A DNA stretch of 64,000 nt from an uncultured Thermoleophilia bacterium (GTDB lineage Bacteria > Actinomycetota > Thermoleophilia > UBA2241): positions 32,001-96,000 of the forward strand of contig CAVQSP010000011.1 in the NCBI GenBank assembly GCA_963715985.1, in the 5' to 3' direction. The position numbers were made by a program, and so were the translations under genes. The notes under the pieces are model-generated. The model was not told where the DNA came from, did no database searches, and saw nothing but the letters and a program-made list of their open reading frames with translations. Positions 1 to 9,839 of the stretch are shown here, in pieces (the stretch's first letter is position 1; each line of letters opens with the position of its first letter).

Positions 1-556
1 CTCGCGCGGCAGCACCGTGCAGACCACGACCTGGAAGCCCGCCCGGCGTCGTGCCCGGCAGTACCGAGCCAGGTTCCGGTAGGCCTCAGCGGCGTCGAGT
101 GGCGGCGAGGTGCCGTAGGCGAGGTCGTTGGTGCCCTCCCACACCACGAGGATGTCGTGCGCACGCCGCGGCGAGGCGAGCGGATCGACCTGGTCGGCGG
201 CGTCCGCCGCCATCATGCCGGTGGTCTGCCCGGGGACGCCGAGATTCAGCATCTCGAGCCCGCCAGGCAGCAGGGCCATCGTCTGGTCCGGCATCATGTC
301 CGCGACGGCAAGACCCGAGTCGTACACCAGAGAGCAGCCGTCGAAGACGATCAGGCCGCGGTCGGCGCCTGGCGCGGCCGTCGTCGCTGTGCCCGGCGAG
401 GTGGGGCCGGGACTGGTGGGCGCGGGCGAAGCGGCTTGAGGGCCGCACGCGGCGAGGGTCACCGCCGCGGCGATCACGCGCCAGAAGCGCGAGCGTACGA
501 GCGGCGCCGGCGCGTGCCGCGCCCGGCCACCGGTTGGCGCGGGCCGCGAGCGTCAT
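1..556 (-). CDS. SGNH/GDSL-family hydrolase, probable lipoprotein; runs off the left edge; probable frameshift near 478
   Basis: The minus frame from GTG at 477 reads VIAAAVTLAACGPQ (lipobox-like), LIVFDGCS, NLGVPGQT and VVWEGTND, i.e. SGNH blocks I-III. The ATG at 556 is in a different frame. Confidence 0.6.
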
Positions 557-632
557 GGGCGCCGCCCCGGACGGTCGCCGCAGGAGCGGTGGGCGCGGCG
601 CGACGGCGTCGTGCCGCCGCGCCCGCCGAGCG

Positions 633-1077
633 TCACTGGACGGCGTCCGCCGCCTCCTGGGCGCCCTGCGTCTCCATCGTCAGCTTGGCGTCGGAGGTGT
701 CTGAAGGTGGCCACTCCGTGTAGTTCTGCGCGACGTCGTTGACGGCCCACACCATGCCGCCGGCGTCGAGGTACTGGGTAGCCCACACGCCGACCTGCTC
801 GCCCTCGGGGCCAGTGAACTTCATCGCCACGAAGTAGTAGTCGGGAGATTCCTTGGACTGCACTGCCGCAGCCTTGACGAGCGTCATGGTGCCGGCGTCG
901 AACTCGCCCTTGATGATGGCGCGCTCATGGCCTTGGAGACCGCCAGCGGAATGCCGGGAGCAGCGGAACGTCGGGGCACGCCGAGGACGAGCCGGACGAC
1001 CCGCAGCCGGCGAGCAGGACGAGGACGGCGACGAACAGCGCGGTGCATGCGAGCGCGCGGGCAGAGCGGGAGGTCAT
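633..1077 (-). CDS. hypothetical lipoprotein, frameshifted around 925-960
   Basis: ATG 1077 follows a GAAGGA RBS and gives MTSRSARALACTALFVAVLVLLAGCGSS (lipobox LAGC). The C-terminal part lies in ORF 633..887. Confidence 0.5.
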
Positions 1078-1207
1078 GCGGTGAGGTCCTTCCGATCGGG
1101 GAGCGGAGAAACCGGCCGGACGACCGGCCGGCGCAAGGAGAGCGGCACCGCCGGCGGCCGGCGCCGCCTTGAGCGACGCCGGCGCCGCGGATCCGCGGCC
1201 GAGTGAA

Positions 1208-1510
1208 TCAGCGCGGGCGACGCCCGCCCTTCTCGATGCCCTTGGCCTCGGAGACGTAGGGCAGAAGCGCCATCTCGCGGGCGCGCTTGATGGCCGTGGC
1301 CAGCTGGCGCTGGTGGCGGCGGCACGTGCCCGTGACGCGCGGCGACTTGATCTTGCCGCGGTCGCTGACGAAGCGCCGCAGGCCGGTGGCGTCCTTGTAA
1401 TCGACCTCGTCGATCTTCTCTTTGCAGAAGTGACAGAAGCGGCGGCGCGAGGGATCGAAGGGCCTGCCCCGCTTCTTGTCGGTCCGCGTCCTGGTCTTGG
1501 TCGCTGGCAT
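1208..1510 (-). CDS. rpsR: 30S ribosomal protein S18, zinc-binding type
   Basis: [19 protein letters not shown]...[40 protein letters not shown]; AAGGA RBS before ATG 1510. Confidence 0.95.
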   Translation of the reverse strand: MPATKTRTRTDKKRGRPFDPSRRRFCHFCKEKIDEVDYKDATGLRRFVSDRGKIKSPRVTGTCRRHQRQLATAIKRAREMALLPYVSEAKGIEKGGRRPR

Positions 1511-1622
1511 GTACGTTCCTTTCCCGGCCGCCCCGCCCGGGCGCGACCTGTGCACTGAACCGTAGATGATGCCGGGATATACGCCTCCGGTGCAAGCCGG
1601 AGTGCCGCGGCGAGTCGCAACA

Positions 1623-1665
1623 GAGGGGCGGGCGGCGGGCCGTGCCGGCCCGCCGCCCGCCCCTC
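1623..1665. terminator. GC-rich hairpin downstream of the small cytochrome gene
   Basis: GAGGGGCGGGCGGCGGGCC-GTGCC-GGCCCGCCGCCCGCCCCTC inverted repeat; no U-tract. Confidence 0.45.
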
Positions 1666-1717
1666 GACCTCCCGCGGACCGCCGTCCGCGACAGGCCCGG
1701 TGACACGGGTCAGCGCG

Positions 1718-2382
1718 TCACTTCACGCGGAAGGCGCGCGTCGGGGACTTGGAACCCTGGTAGTCGTCGGTGGCCACGATGGTCGCGGTCATGCGGTAGC
1801 TGCCCTTCTTGGCGGGCTTGTATGAGAAGCTTGTGCTGCCGAGGTTGTTGAGCGGTGGCCGCGCCGGCCTTGGCCGTCTTCCACGCCTGTCCGACCTTCA
1901 TCTCAGCCTTGAGCGCGACCCAGCCGACGGCTTGTCTGCCGGCGTGACCGTGCCCGAGGCCGTGACGGTCTTCTTGATCTTGAAGATGTCGGCGCGACGT
2001 TCGAGGGAGACGGCTGTGGCTGCGGGGGCGACGTACGCCGTGACAGCCGTCGGTGGTGCCGCAGTTTCGCGGCACGCGGCGCTGGCCGCGAGATGGGGCT
2101 CGCACCGTGGCAGCTCGCGCATGCGCTCGGCAATGGCGGCGTGCGGTTTCTCGGTGGCACACGTTGCACGCCTGTGAGGACGTGGTGCGAGTCGGTCACG
2201 GCCGTCATGATTGGCGTGCGTAGCTGTCTGGGCCCGATGGCAGTAGCGCAGCCGTGTTGAACGTCTGCAGGGCGAGCGCCTGCTGCGCGGCGATGCCGAA
2301 CACGGCGACCAGCGCCAGAGCCAGGAGCAGCACGACCAGTGCGCGGCTGCGTCCCCGTATCCTTGGCAGTCTCTCGATGCAT
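1718..2382 (-). CDS. secreted c-type cytochrome-like protein with a C-terminal beta-rich domain, multiply frameshifted
   Basis: AAGGAGG RBS before ATG 2382. Hydrophobic leader LVVLLLALALVAVFGIAAQQALA, CNVCH and CASCH lie in different frames. C-terminus SFSYKPAKKGSYRMTATIVATDDYQGSKSPTRAFRVK ends at TGA 1718-1720. Confidence 0.5.
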
Positions 2383-2502
2383 GGGACCTCCTTGGTTCGC
2401 TTTCACAAAGGGTCTTGTTGGACAGTGTGGCGGCTCACGTGAGCCGGCGCAACCGACACTCGCCGTCTGACGCGAGACCAGAGTATCAGGGAGACGGCCG
2501 GA

Positions 2503-3441
2503 TCAGTTCGGGTTCGGCCGTCCGCCATGGCCCCCGCCGGAGCCCGGCCGGACCAGCGGGCCGTAGGCGCCGGGGCGCCGCCAGGGGCCGCCCCACACCT
2601 CACGGCGGCGCCACTCCCGCAGCGCCGCGAGGTCGAGGCGGGCCACCAGGACGTCCTCCCCGGCGCCCGCCTCGACGATGCACGTGTCGCGGCTGACGCC
2701 CGCCCCATCGAACGCGATGGGGTCGTAGACCACGGAGTGGCCGTTCTGCGCGGGAGCAGGGTAATTGGCCAGGGCCACCGCCACCATGTTCTCGAAGGCT
2801 CGCGCCCGCAGCTGGCCGAGCCTGTTGCTCTCCATCTCGCAGGCATTGGGCACGAGCACGAGCTCGGCGCCTTCGAGCGCGAGCACTCGCGCCGCCTCGG
2901 GGAACTCGCGGTCGAAGCAGATCATCGCGCCGACGGCGACGCTTCCGGCGGCCGTCTCCAGCGGCGCGACCACGAACCGGTCCCCGGGCTCCAGCATGGC
3001 CTCCGGGCTGTCGAAGCCGCAGGTGTGCACCTTCGCGTAAGTGAGCACCTCGCGGCCGCGCCGGTCGAAGAGGGTGAGCGTGTTGCGCGGAGCGCCGTCA
3101 CGGCGTTCGAGGTACGTGACGGCGATGGCCATCTGCAGCTCGGCGGCCAGGGCGGCGAAACTCCGCACGAAGCTCCCGTCACGAGGCACCGCCTGCGCCC
3201 GCCAGCGCTCGATGTCGCCGTCTTCGAAGGCGTAGCCGACGTTCCACAGCTCGGGGAAGAGGGCGATGTCGGCGCCCTGGGAGGCGGCGCGACGGCAGGC
3301 GGCGACGCCGCTCTCCAGGTTCGCCGCCTGGTCGTAGCCCGCCGCCGCGATCTGCAGCAGCGCGATGGCCAGCAGCTCTCCGGAGGCTGGGGTACCCGCG
3401 ATACCCGACCCGGCCGAAGGCTCCGGCACAGACACGTCCAT
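2503..3441 (-). CDS. carbon-nitrogen hydrolase (nitrilase/amidase) family protein
   Basis: E-K-C triad motifs FPELW, YAKVH and ICFDREFPE. Confidence 0.9.
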   Translation of the reverse strand: MDVSVPEPSAGSGIAGTPASGELLAIALLQIAAAGYDQAANLESGVAACRRAASQGADIALFPELWNVGYAFEDGDIERWRAQAVPRDGSFVRSFAALAAELQMAIAVTYLERRDGAPRNTLTLFDRRGREVLTYAKVHTCGFDSPEAMLEPGDRFVVAPLETAAGSVAVGAMICFDREFPEAARVLALEGAELVLVPNACEMESNRLGQLRARAFENMVAVALANYPAPAQNGHSVVYDPIAFDGAGVSRDTCIVEAGAGEDVLVARLDLAALREWRRREVWGGPWRRPGAYGPLVRPGSGGGHGGRPNPN

Positions 3442-3442
3442 T

Positions 3443-4240
3443 TCAGCCCCCGGCCGAGCGCGTGCGCCACGACCGTGGTCGCCTGGCCCGGCTCCAGCAC
3501 GCGCACGTCCACGCCGGGCGCCAGATGGGCCGCGTACCGCACGAAGGCGCGCGGCCACTCGCCGAACTTCGCGTTGATGGCCGGCGGCAGCCAGGGCGCG
3601 TACATCGTCCCCCAGTGGATGGGCACCGCCACCGCCGGCCGCAGCAGGCCGAGCGCCTTGGCCGCCGTGAGCGGGTTCAGGTGGTCGTCGGGCAGGCGCG
3701 GGCCCCAGCCGCCGACGGGCAGCAGGGCGACGTCCAGGCCGACGGCCAGATCCCTCCATCTCGTCGAACAGACCCGTGTCGCCGGCGAAGTACGCCGAGA
3801 GACTCCCCCGCACGATGAATCCGAGCGGGTCTCCCTCCGTCGCGAACGGATGACGCGTACCGCCGTGCCGAGCCGGCGTGGCCGTCGACGCTCACCCCGG
3901 CCAGGTCGCGGCTCTGCCCCGCCTCCATCTCCGTGACGTCCACGAAGCCGAGGCGCCGCAGGAGCCGCTCCGTCGCCGGCGGCGCCAGCACCGGCGTCGT
4001 CTTGGCCACGAGCCGCAGCGAGGGCACATCCAGGTGGTCGATGTGGGCGTGCGAGATGACGACGGCGTCGAGGTCCCGGTAGACGCCGACGGGGGGCGCA
4101 GGTCCCTTGCGTATCAGCGGGCCGGCACGGCGGCGCAGCAGGGGATCTGTGAGCACGCGCCGCCCGTCCATCTCGAGCAGCACGGTGGAGTGGCCTACGA
4201 AGGTCAGGGTGAGGGTCGGTGCACTCGCGTCCGCGCTCAT
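3443..4240 (-). CDS. MBL-fold metallo-hydrolase, several frameshifts; 3' end approximate
   Basis: GHSTVLLE..LTDP, HAHIDH, YFAGDTG, DVALLPVGG and PIHWGT spread over three frames. Confidence 0.8.
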
Positions 4241-4376
4241 GGCGTCACCTTACCCCTCAGGGCGCCTTGAGACGCGGCGTGTGGCAAGAGAGCGCCACGG
4301 GTCCCACGCTCGCTGCCGCGGCGGATTCGATAGAATCCTCCGCAGCGGATCCCCAACCCCCTGAAGGAGACCTTCC

Positions 4377-5658
4377 ATGGCGTACGCAGAGGATTTCGAG
4401 AATGCCCTCCAGGTGGGCCGTCCTCCCAACATCAAGTCCCTGTTCCCGAACTCCAAGGCGCTGATCGTCAGCGGCAAGGTCGTCGACAGGGCGATGCGGG
4501 CGAAGGGCAAGGCCGTCGCGATGGCCGCGAACGGGCGCAACTCCTTCGTCATCCGGGGGGCGCTCCGGGCCGCCCAGCGGGCCAACGCCGCCATCATCAT
4601 CGAGATCGCCAAGTCCGAAGGCGGGCAGAAGGCCTACTGCGCGGTCAACTACTGGAACATGGCGCGCATCGTCGACGCCCTCTGCAACGAGATGGGCATC
4701 ACGATCCCCGTCGCCATCCACGCCGACCACTACGGGATGAAGAACGACAAGGACCTCGCGCAAGCGTTGGTCGAGATCCCCACCATGTTCGAGGCGGGCA
4801 TCACGTCCATCGCCATCGATGCTTCGCACCAGCCCAACGACCAGAACCTTCTGGCCAACCTCGCCGTCAACTCGAAGATCCCGGCATGGGCCGGGCTGGA
4901 GACCGAGATCGGCGAGATCAAGGGCTCCACCGGGCTCTCCACGCCGGATGAGGCCCTGTTCCTCATCCAGGGGCTCAACGCGCACGACATCTTCGCCGAC
5001 TGGATCGCCCTGAACAACGGCACCACGCACGGGATCGAGGCGTCCGACGCCGGCATCCAGGTCGGGCTGACCGCCAAGGTCCACGAGGCCCTCGCGCCCT
5101 ACAACGTCAGCGGCGCCCAGCACGGCACGTCGGGCAACAGCTCTGAACGCCTCCGCGAGATCGCGAACAAGACCCACACCACCAAGGCCAACGTGGCCAC
5201 CGCCCTCCAGATGATCTCCTGGGGGCTCGAGGTGAACGACTACGGCAACGCGCAGCTCGACGCCGACGGCAACTTCATCAAGGTCGAGGGCGAGGGCGTG
5301 ACCGAGGAGATGTGGGCCGAGGTGGTCGCCTACGCCGACGACAAGGGCTGGAAGAAGGGCGACTACAAGAACCTCAACCTCCCGTTCGAGAGCAAGTTCC
5401 TCGCCCAGCCCGCGGAGATCCGCGAGCGGATGTCCCAGCGGGTCGAGGACTTCGTCTACAAGATGCTGACCGAGGTCCTCAACACGGCGGACACGGCGCC
5501 CCTCGCCGTCGAGGCGATCCTCGCCGCCGGGTCCTACGACCTCGGGGCCAAAGGTGGGACGCCTCGAGGATCCCGCCGACTGGACCGACGCGAAGATCGT
5601 CGAGCGCGCGAAGACCCTGGATCACGACAAGGGCGAGGCGGGCAACTTCGACGACTAA
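4377..5658 (+). CDS. class II fructose-bisphosphate aldolase family protein, frameshift near 5555
   Basis: AIHADH, IDASH, ETEIGEI, NNGTTHG, QHGTSG and KANVAT motifs. The C-terminus LEDPADW...GNFDD-TAA (5656-5658) is in another frame. Confidence 0.88.
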
Positions 5659-5871
5659 TGCCCGTAGACGGCGGAGCCGCCGTAGCGCTATTGAGCGGCT
5701 CGCGGCCCGTCAGGGCTCCGCGCGAGACGGATTGACCCACGGAAGAGGGGTCAACGTGGGGGGCGCCGTAAGGCGCACCGCACACTGAACGACGGCTTCC
5801 CCCACAAGAGTGACCTACGGGGCCCGATGCACCTGGCGAGCATCGGGCCCCGTCGCCTTCTCCGGCCGGCC

Positions 5872-5900
5872 TTGACCCCGCGCCACCGCGCCGGTATCGT
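5872..5900 (+). promoter_or_regulatory. sigma70-type promoter of the first mtbB operon
   Basis: TTGACC (5872-5877), 17 bp, TATCGT (5895-5900). Confidence 0.6.
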
Positions 5901-5913
5901 CCCGACGACGAGT

Positions 5914-5934
5914 GTTAGTTATGTGAGTAACTAA
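5914..5934. promoter_or_regulatory. palindromic operator, copy 1 (probable TetR site)
   Basis: G-TTAGTTA-TGTGAG-TAACTAA, AT-rich, 20/21 identical to 9786-9806. Confidence 0.8.
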
Positions 5935-5968
5935 ATCCCCGCCGCGCCGCGGGGGGACCGGAGGGGCC

Positions 5969-8830
5969 ATGGCATCGCGTATCCCGACGAGACTCGGCGA
6001 CGGTTCGCTGGTCGAGATGACCCGGGCGGAGATCGAGGCGGACCTCAACGCCGGCTCGGAGGTCGCCGTCAAACGGGCCAAGGTCGAGCCTCTTCCCCAG
6101 GACGACATCGACCACCTGCTCGACATCTTCACCTCCCCGGCCAAGTTCAGCGCCGTGGACTACGGCGACGAGGTGGTCCTCAGCTTCGACGGCTCCGGCA
6201 ACGCGGACATCGGCGCGCCGGTGCTCGAGCAGATCGTCTACCAGAACCACCACGGCGCCGACATGATCGAGCTCTGGCACCACGACTACTCGTACAAGGC
6301 CGTGCGCACCGTGCTCTCCTTCCAGACGCAGCTGCTCAAGGACGCGCAGCAGCAGACCGTGATCCCTCTCAACTACGGGGCGATGCCGGACCTGGGCCGC
6401 TACTCCATGCCGGACGGCCCGGCGAGGAACTGGTCGGAGCTGCTGCCGCTGGGCAAGGTCGACGAGGCCCGCGAGGCCCAGCTGGAGGCCGTGGAGCACC
6501 TCGAGAAGGACATGTGGTACGTGATCGAGGCCATGGTGGCGGCCGGCGTGGACGGCATCGACTTCGACACCGCCGGCGCCGCCGGGGACGCCGACCTGCT
6601 GGCCACGCTGCGCACGGCGCGCAAGCTGCGCGACACGTGGCCGGACATCGGCGTCGAGATCGGCCAGGCCTCCGAGCTCGTGCTCGGCATGCACGGGCAG
6701 CTCGAGTACGAGGGTACCCGGCTGGCCGGCCAGTGGCCGCTCGGCCAGCTCCGCGCCTGCACGGCCGCCGGCGCCACCATCTTCGGGCCGGCGGTGAACG
6801 TGAACACCACCAAGTCGCTGGCCTGGAACACCGCCCGCGCCTGTGCCCTGGTGAAGCCCGTCACCGCCGAGGCCAGCATCCCCGTGCACATGAACGCGGG
6901 CATGGGCGTCGGCGGCGTGCCCATGACCCCGTATCCGCCGGTGGACGCCACGTCGCGCGCCTCACGCGCGCTCGTCGACATCTGCAAGATCGACGGCTTG
7001 TAGGTCGGGGTCGGGGATCCCCTCGGGATGGCCTCGACACACGCGCTCGCCTCGGGCATGGGCGGGATGCGGACCGCCGGAGATCTGGTGGCCCGCATGC
7101 AGATGACCCGAGGCCTACGCCTTCCGCAGGCCAAGCAGTACGTGGCGGACAAGCTCGGCTGCTCCGTCGCCGACCTCGGCGACACCGTGGCGATGCACGA
7201 CATCCGCCGCGACCTCGGTCTCGGCCGCATCCAGGTGCAGGACCTCACCTACGCCGACCATCCGGGGGCCATGGAGGCCAAGTTCCACGTCGCCGAGGTG
7301 CTGGACATCCCCATCAACTCGGTGGAGCGCTTCAAGGCGCACGCCGGACTCGTGCTCATGAGCCCCTCACAGCTCGACCTGACGAGCCGCCAGCCGCTCC
7401 TGCCGCTGGGCTCGGACTTCCGCGTCACCTTCTACGACGCCGCCAAGCTGGAGCGTTACCGCGAGGCGGTCCTCGCGGTGCTGGAGCGCACCGGGGTGAA
7501 GTTCGGTTCACCCAAGGCGCTCGCGGTCCTCGAGGAGCACGGCGCCAACGTCGACCGCGCGTCCGGCGTCGTGCGCTTCCCGCCCGACCTCGTCGCGCGC
7601 GCTCTCGCGAGCGCCCCGCGCACCTTCTGGCTGGGCTCGCGCGACGGCACCCTCGACCTGGACCTCGCGAGCGGCGACACCTTCAACACGACGAACGGCT
7701 GCGGCACCGAGGTCGTGGACTGGCACACGGGCGAGCGACGCGCGCCGACCAAAGACGACCTCGCGGCCATCACGCGGATGATCGACTATCTGGGCTCCGT
7801 CCAGTTCTGGTGGCCCAACGTGGCCGCGGCGGACTGCGGCGACACCCACACCCTGCACGAGCTGGACGCCGCCTGGAACAACACGGCCAAGCACCTGCAG
7901 GGCATGGTGCAGGGCGAGCGCGAGGCCAGGTACGCGGTGGAGATGGCGATGGTGATCGCCGGCGGCGCGGAGCAGCTTCGCCGCCGTCCCCCGATGAGCA
8001 ACCTCATCGGCACGGTGCAGCCGCTCATCAACGACAAGGACGGCATCGAGGCGGCGCTGGTGTTCGCGGAGGCCGGCGTGCCCGTGTGTTTCGTCACGAT
8101 GCCCACGTATGGCACGACGGCGCCGGCAACGAAGGCCGGCGCCTACGTGATGGGCTTCGCCGAGCTCATCAGCGCCGCGGTGTGCGTACAGCTGGCGCAC
8201 CCCGGCGCCCCGGTGATCCTGTTCCCCCTGCCGGTGCACGCCGACCCGCGCACGGCGGCGCTCACGACGGCGCCGCTGAACCACCGCGGCCTCTTCCTGC
8301 CCGGCGAGCTGGTACACCACTTCGGCCTTCCGGCGATGACCGGGTACGCCGGCACCGACGACGACCTGCCGGGCACATGGCTGGCGGCCGCGGAGACGGC
8401 GCACACGGTGATGCTCGCCGGCATCGTGGGCTCGGAGCTGATGACCACCATCGGCCTCACCAACCGCTACCAGCTGTTCACGCCCGAGCACATGATGCTC
8501 GACGACGACCTCTACCGCCGCGCCGCCAACGCCTTCCGCGACCTCGAGCTCGACGAGGAGACGCTGGCTCTGGACGTCATCGACGCCGTCGGTCCGGGAG
8601 GTCACTTCCTCGGCCAGCCGCACACGCGCCGCCACATGAAGGAGACGGTGGAGCGCTCCATCGGCCAGGAGATCGGCCCGGACGGCACGCACCTGAGGAA
8701 CGCCGTGGAGGTCGCGCGCGAGCGCGGCCTCGACATCCTCGAGCACTACGTGCCGGAGCCGCTCGACGAAGCCAAAGCGGCGGAGCTGGCGCGCGTCATC
8801 GCCGCCGCCGACGCCGAGCTGCTCGGGTAG
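5969..8830 (+). CDS. mtbB: pyrrolysine-containing MtbB-like dimethylamine methyltransferase (TAG 7001-7003) reading in frame into a Pyl-free MttB-family domain (from ATG 7358)
   Basis: RLGDGS, YGAMPDLG, DFDTAGAAGDAD, FVLGMHG-type and GMGVGGVPM motifs; IDGL-TAG-VGVGDPLGM continues in frame. No stop before the MttB-type sequence (VLERTGV...IDAVGPGGHFLGQPHT). Confidence 0.88.
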
Positions 8831-9053
8831 GCCCGGCCGGGGCGACCGCCAGGAGCGGTCCGCCGCCGCGCTCGGCAGCGCTGCAGGGCGGCGTTCGGTG
8901 TCGCGGCGGTCCCCGTACCCCGACACCGGTGGCAGCGAACGGCGCTTCGGCCGTGATAGCCCGGAAGCCATCGCGGCCGAGTCGTGAGAAGGGGTCTCCA
9001 CACGAGCGCACCGCCGACGGCCCGGCAGAGGGACGGCTCAGCCCGAAACGCGC

Positions 9054-9704
9054 TCAGCCGTCGTCAGGCGAAGGCTCAGCAGCCTCCTGCTGTGAGGCGC
9101 CGCACTCGTCGCGGCCCAGCACGAGGCGCCGCCAGAGCTCGAACGCGGGGGTCAAGTCGAGGTCCGGGTCGGAGAGGGCCTGGAGCGCAAGGCCGTCGGT
9201 CATCGCGACCGTGAGCACGGCCAGCGGCTCGCTCTGGGCCTGGTGCACGCTCTCGCCTGCGTCGTCCAGGGCCCATGTGTCCAGGCGCCGGTACCACTCG
9301 AAGAGTTGGCGCAGGTGGGGCTCCAGCTGCTCGTCGCGCAGCACGTGCGGGATGATGTCGTAGAACATCTTGTACGAATCCCGGTCCACCGACATCTCCT
9401 GGTGGATGCGGAGCAGCGTCTCTCGCCGTTCCTCCCCGCCGGGGACGGCGGTCAGCTGTTCGATGAGGTCCACAGCCTCCTGGTAGAGCACCGAGTCCAC
9501 CAGCGCCGTCAGCAGACCGGCCTTGCTCCCGAAGTGGTAACGGATCAGAGCCGGGTTCTCGCCGGCCTCGCGAGCGATGGTCTCGAAGGTGAGGGCGCGG
9601 AACCCGTCGCGATAGAGGACGCGCTTGGCCGCCTCGAGGATGCGCAGGGCGGTCGGCGACAGGTCCGGCGTTGGATCGTCTATCGGCAGCTCGTACTTGG
9701 CCAT
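9054..9704 (-). CDS. TetR/AcrR family transcriptional regulator
   Basis: RILEAAKRVLYRDGFRALTFETIAREAGENPALIRYHFGSKAGL HTH; GAGGGGGAG RBS. Confidence 0.93.
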   Translation of the reverse strand: MAKYELPIDDPTPDLSPTALRILEAAKRVLYRDGFRALTFETIAREAGENPALIRYHFGSKAGLLTALVDSVLYQEAVDLIEQLTAVPGGEERRETLLRIHQEMSVDRDSYKMFYDIIPHVLRDEQLEPHLRQLFEWYRRLDTWALDDAGESVHQAQSEPLAVLTVAMTDGLALQALSDPDLDLTPAFELWRRLVLGRDECGASQQEAAEPSPDDG

Positions 9705-9748
9705 GATGCTCGTCTCCCCCTCTTGTCCGGCACCGCTCTCGTCCCGCC

Positions 9749-9776
9749 TTGACAGCGTCACGCCGTCTGCTAGTGT
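9749..9776 (+). promoter_or_regulatory. sigma70-type promoter of the second mtbB operon
   Basis: TTGACA (9749-9754), 16 bp, TAGTGT (9771-9776). Confidence 0.6.
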
Positions 9777-9785
9777 ACCGCATCA

Positions 9786-9806
9786 GTTAGTTATGTGACT
9801 AACTAA
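9786..9806. promoter_or_regulatory. palindromic operator, copy 2 (probable TetR site)
   Basis: G-TTAGTTA-TGTGAC-TAACTAA in the divergent tetR/mtbB spacer, just 3' of the -10 box. Confidence 0.8.
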
Positions 9807-9839
9807 TCCTTCTCCACAGGTCGATCCGGGGGTGTCAAC

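Noticed and set aside
5925-5965. CTAAATCC as part of a tRNA-Pyl anticodon arm
   Set aside because: No cloverleaf or CTCTAAA loop; the bases belong to the operator palindrome.
8828-8830. Terminal TAGs (also 19879, 26600, 39023) as read-through sites
   Set aside because: They fall at the natural C-terminus of the families and I saw no conserved coding sequence beyond them.
6514-9363. Long alternative-frame and antisense ORFs (e.g. 6514..9363, 31170..33608, 39704..41734, 44393..46234)
   Set aside because: Arg/Ala/Gly-rich shadows of real genes, typical of high-GC DNA.
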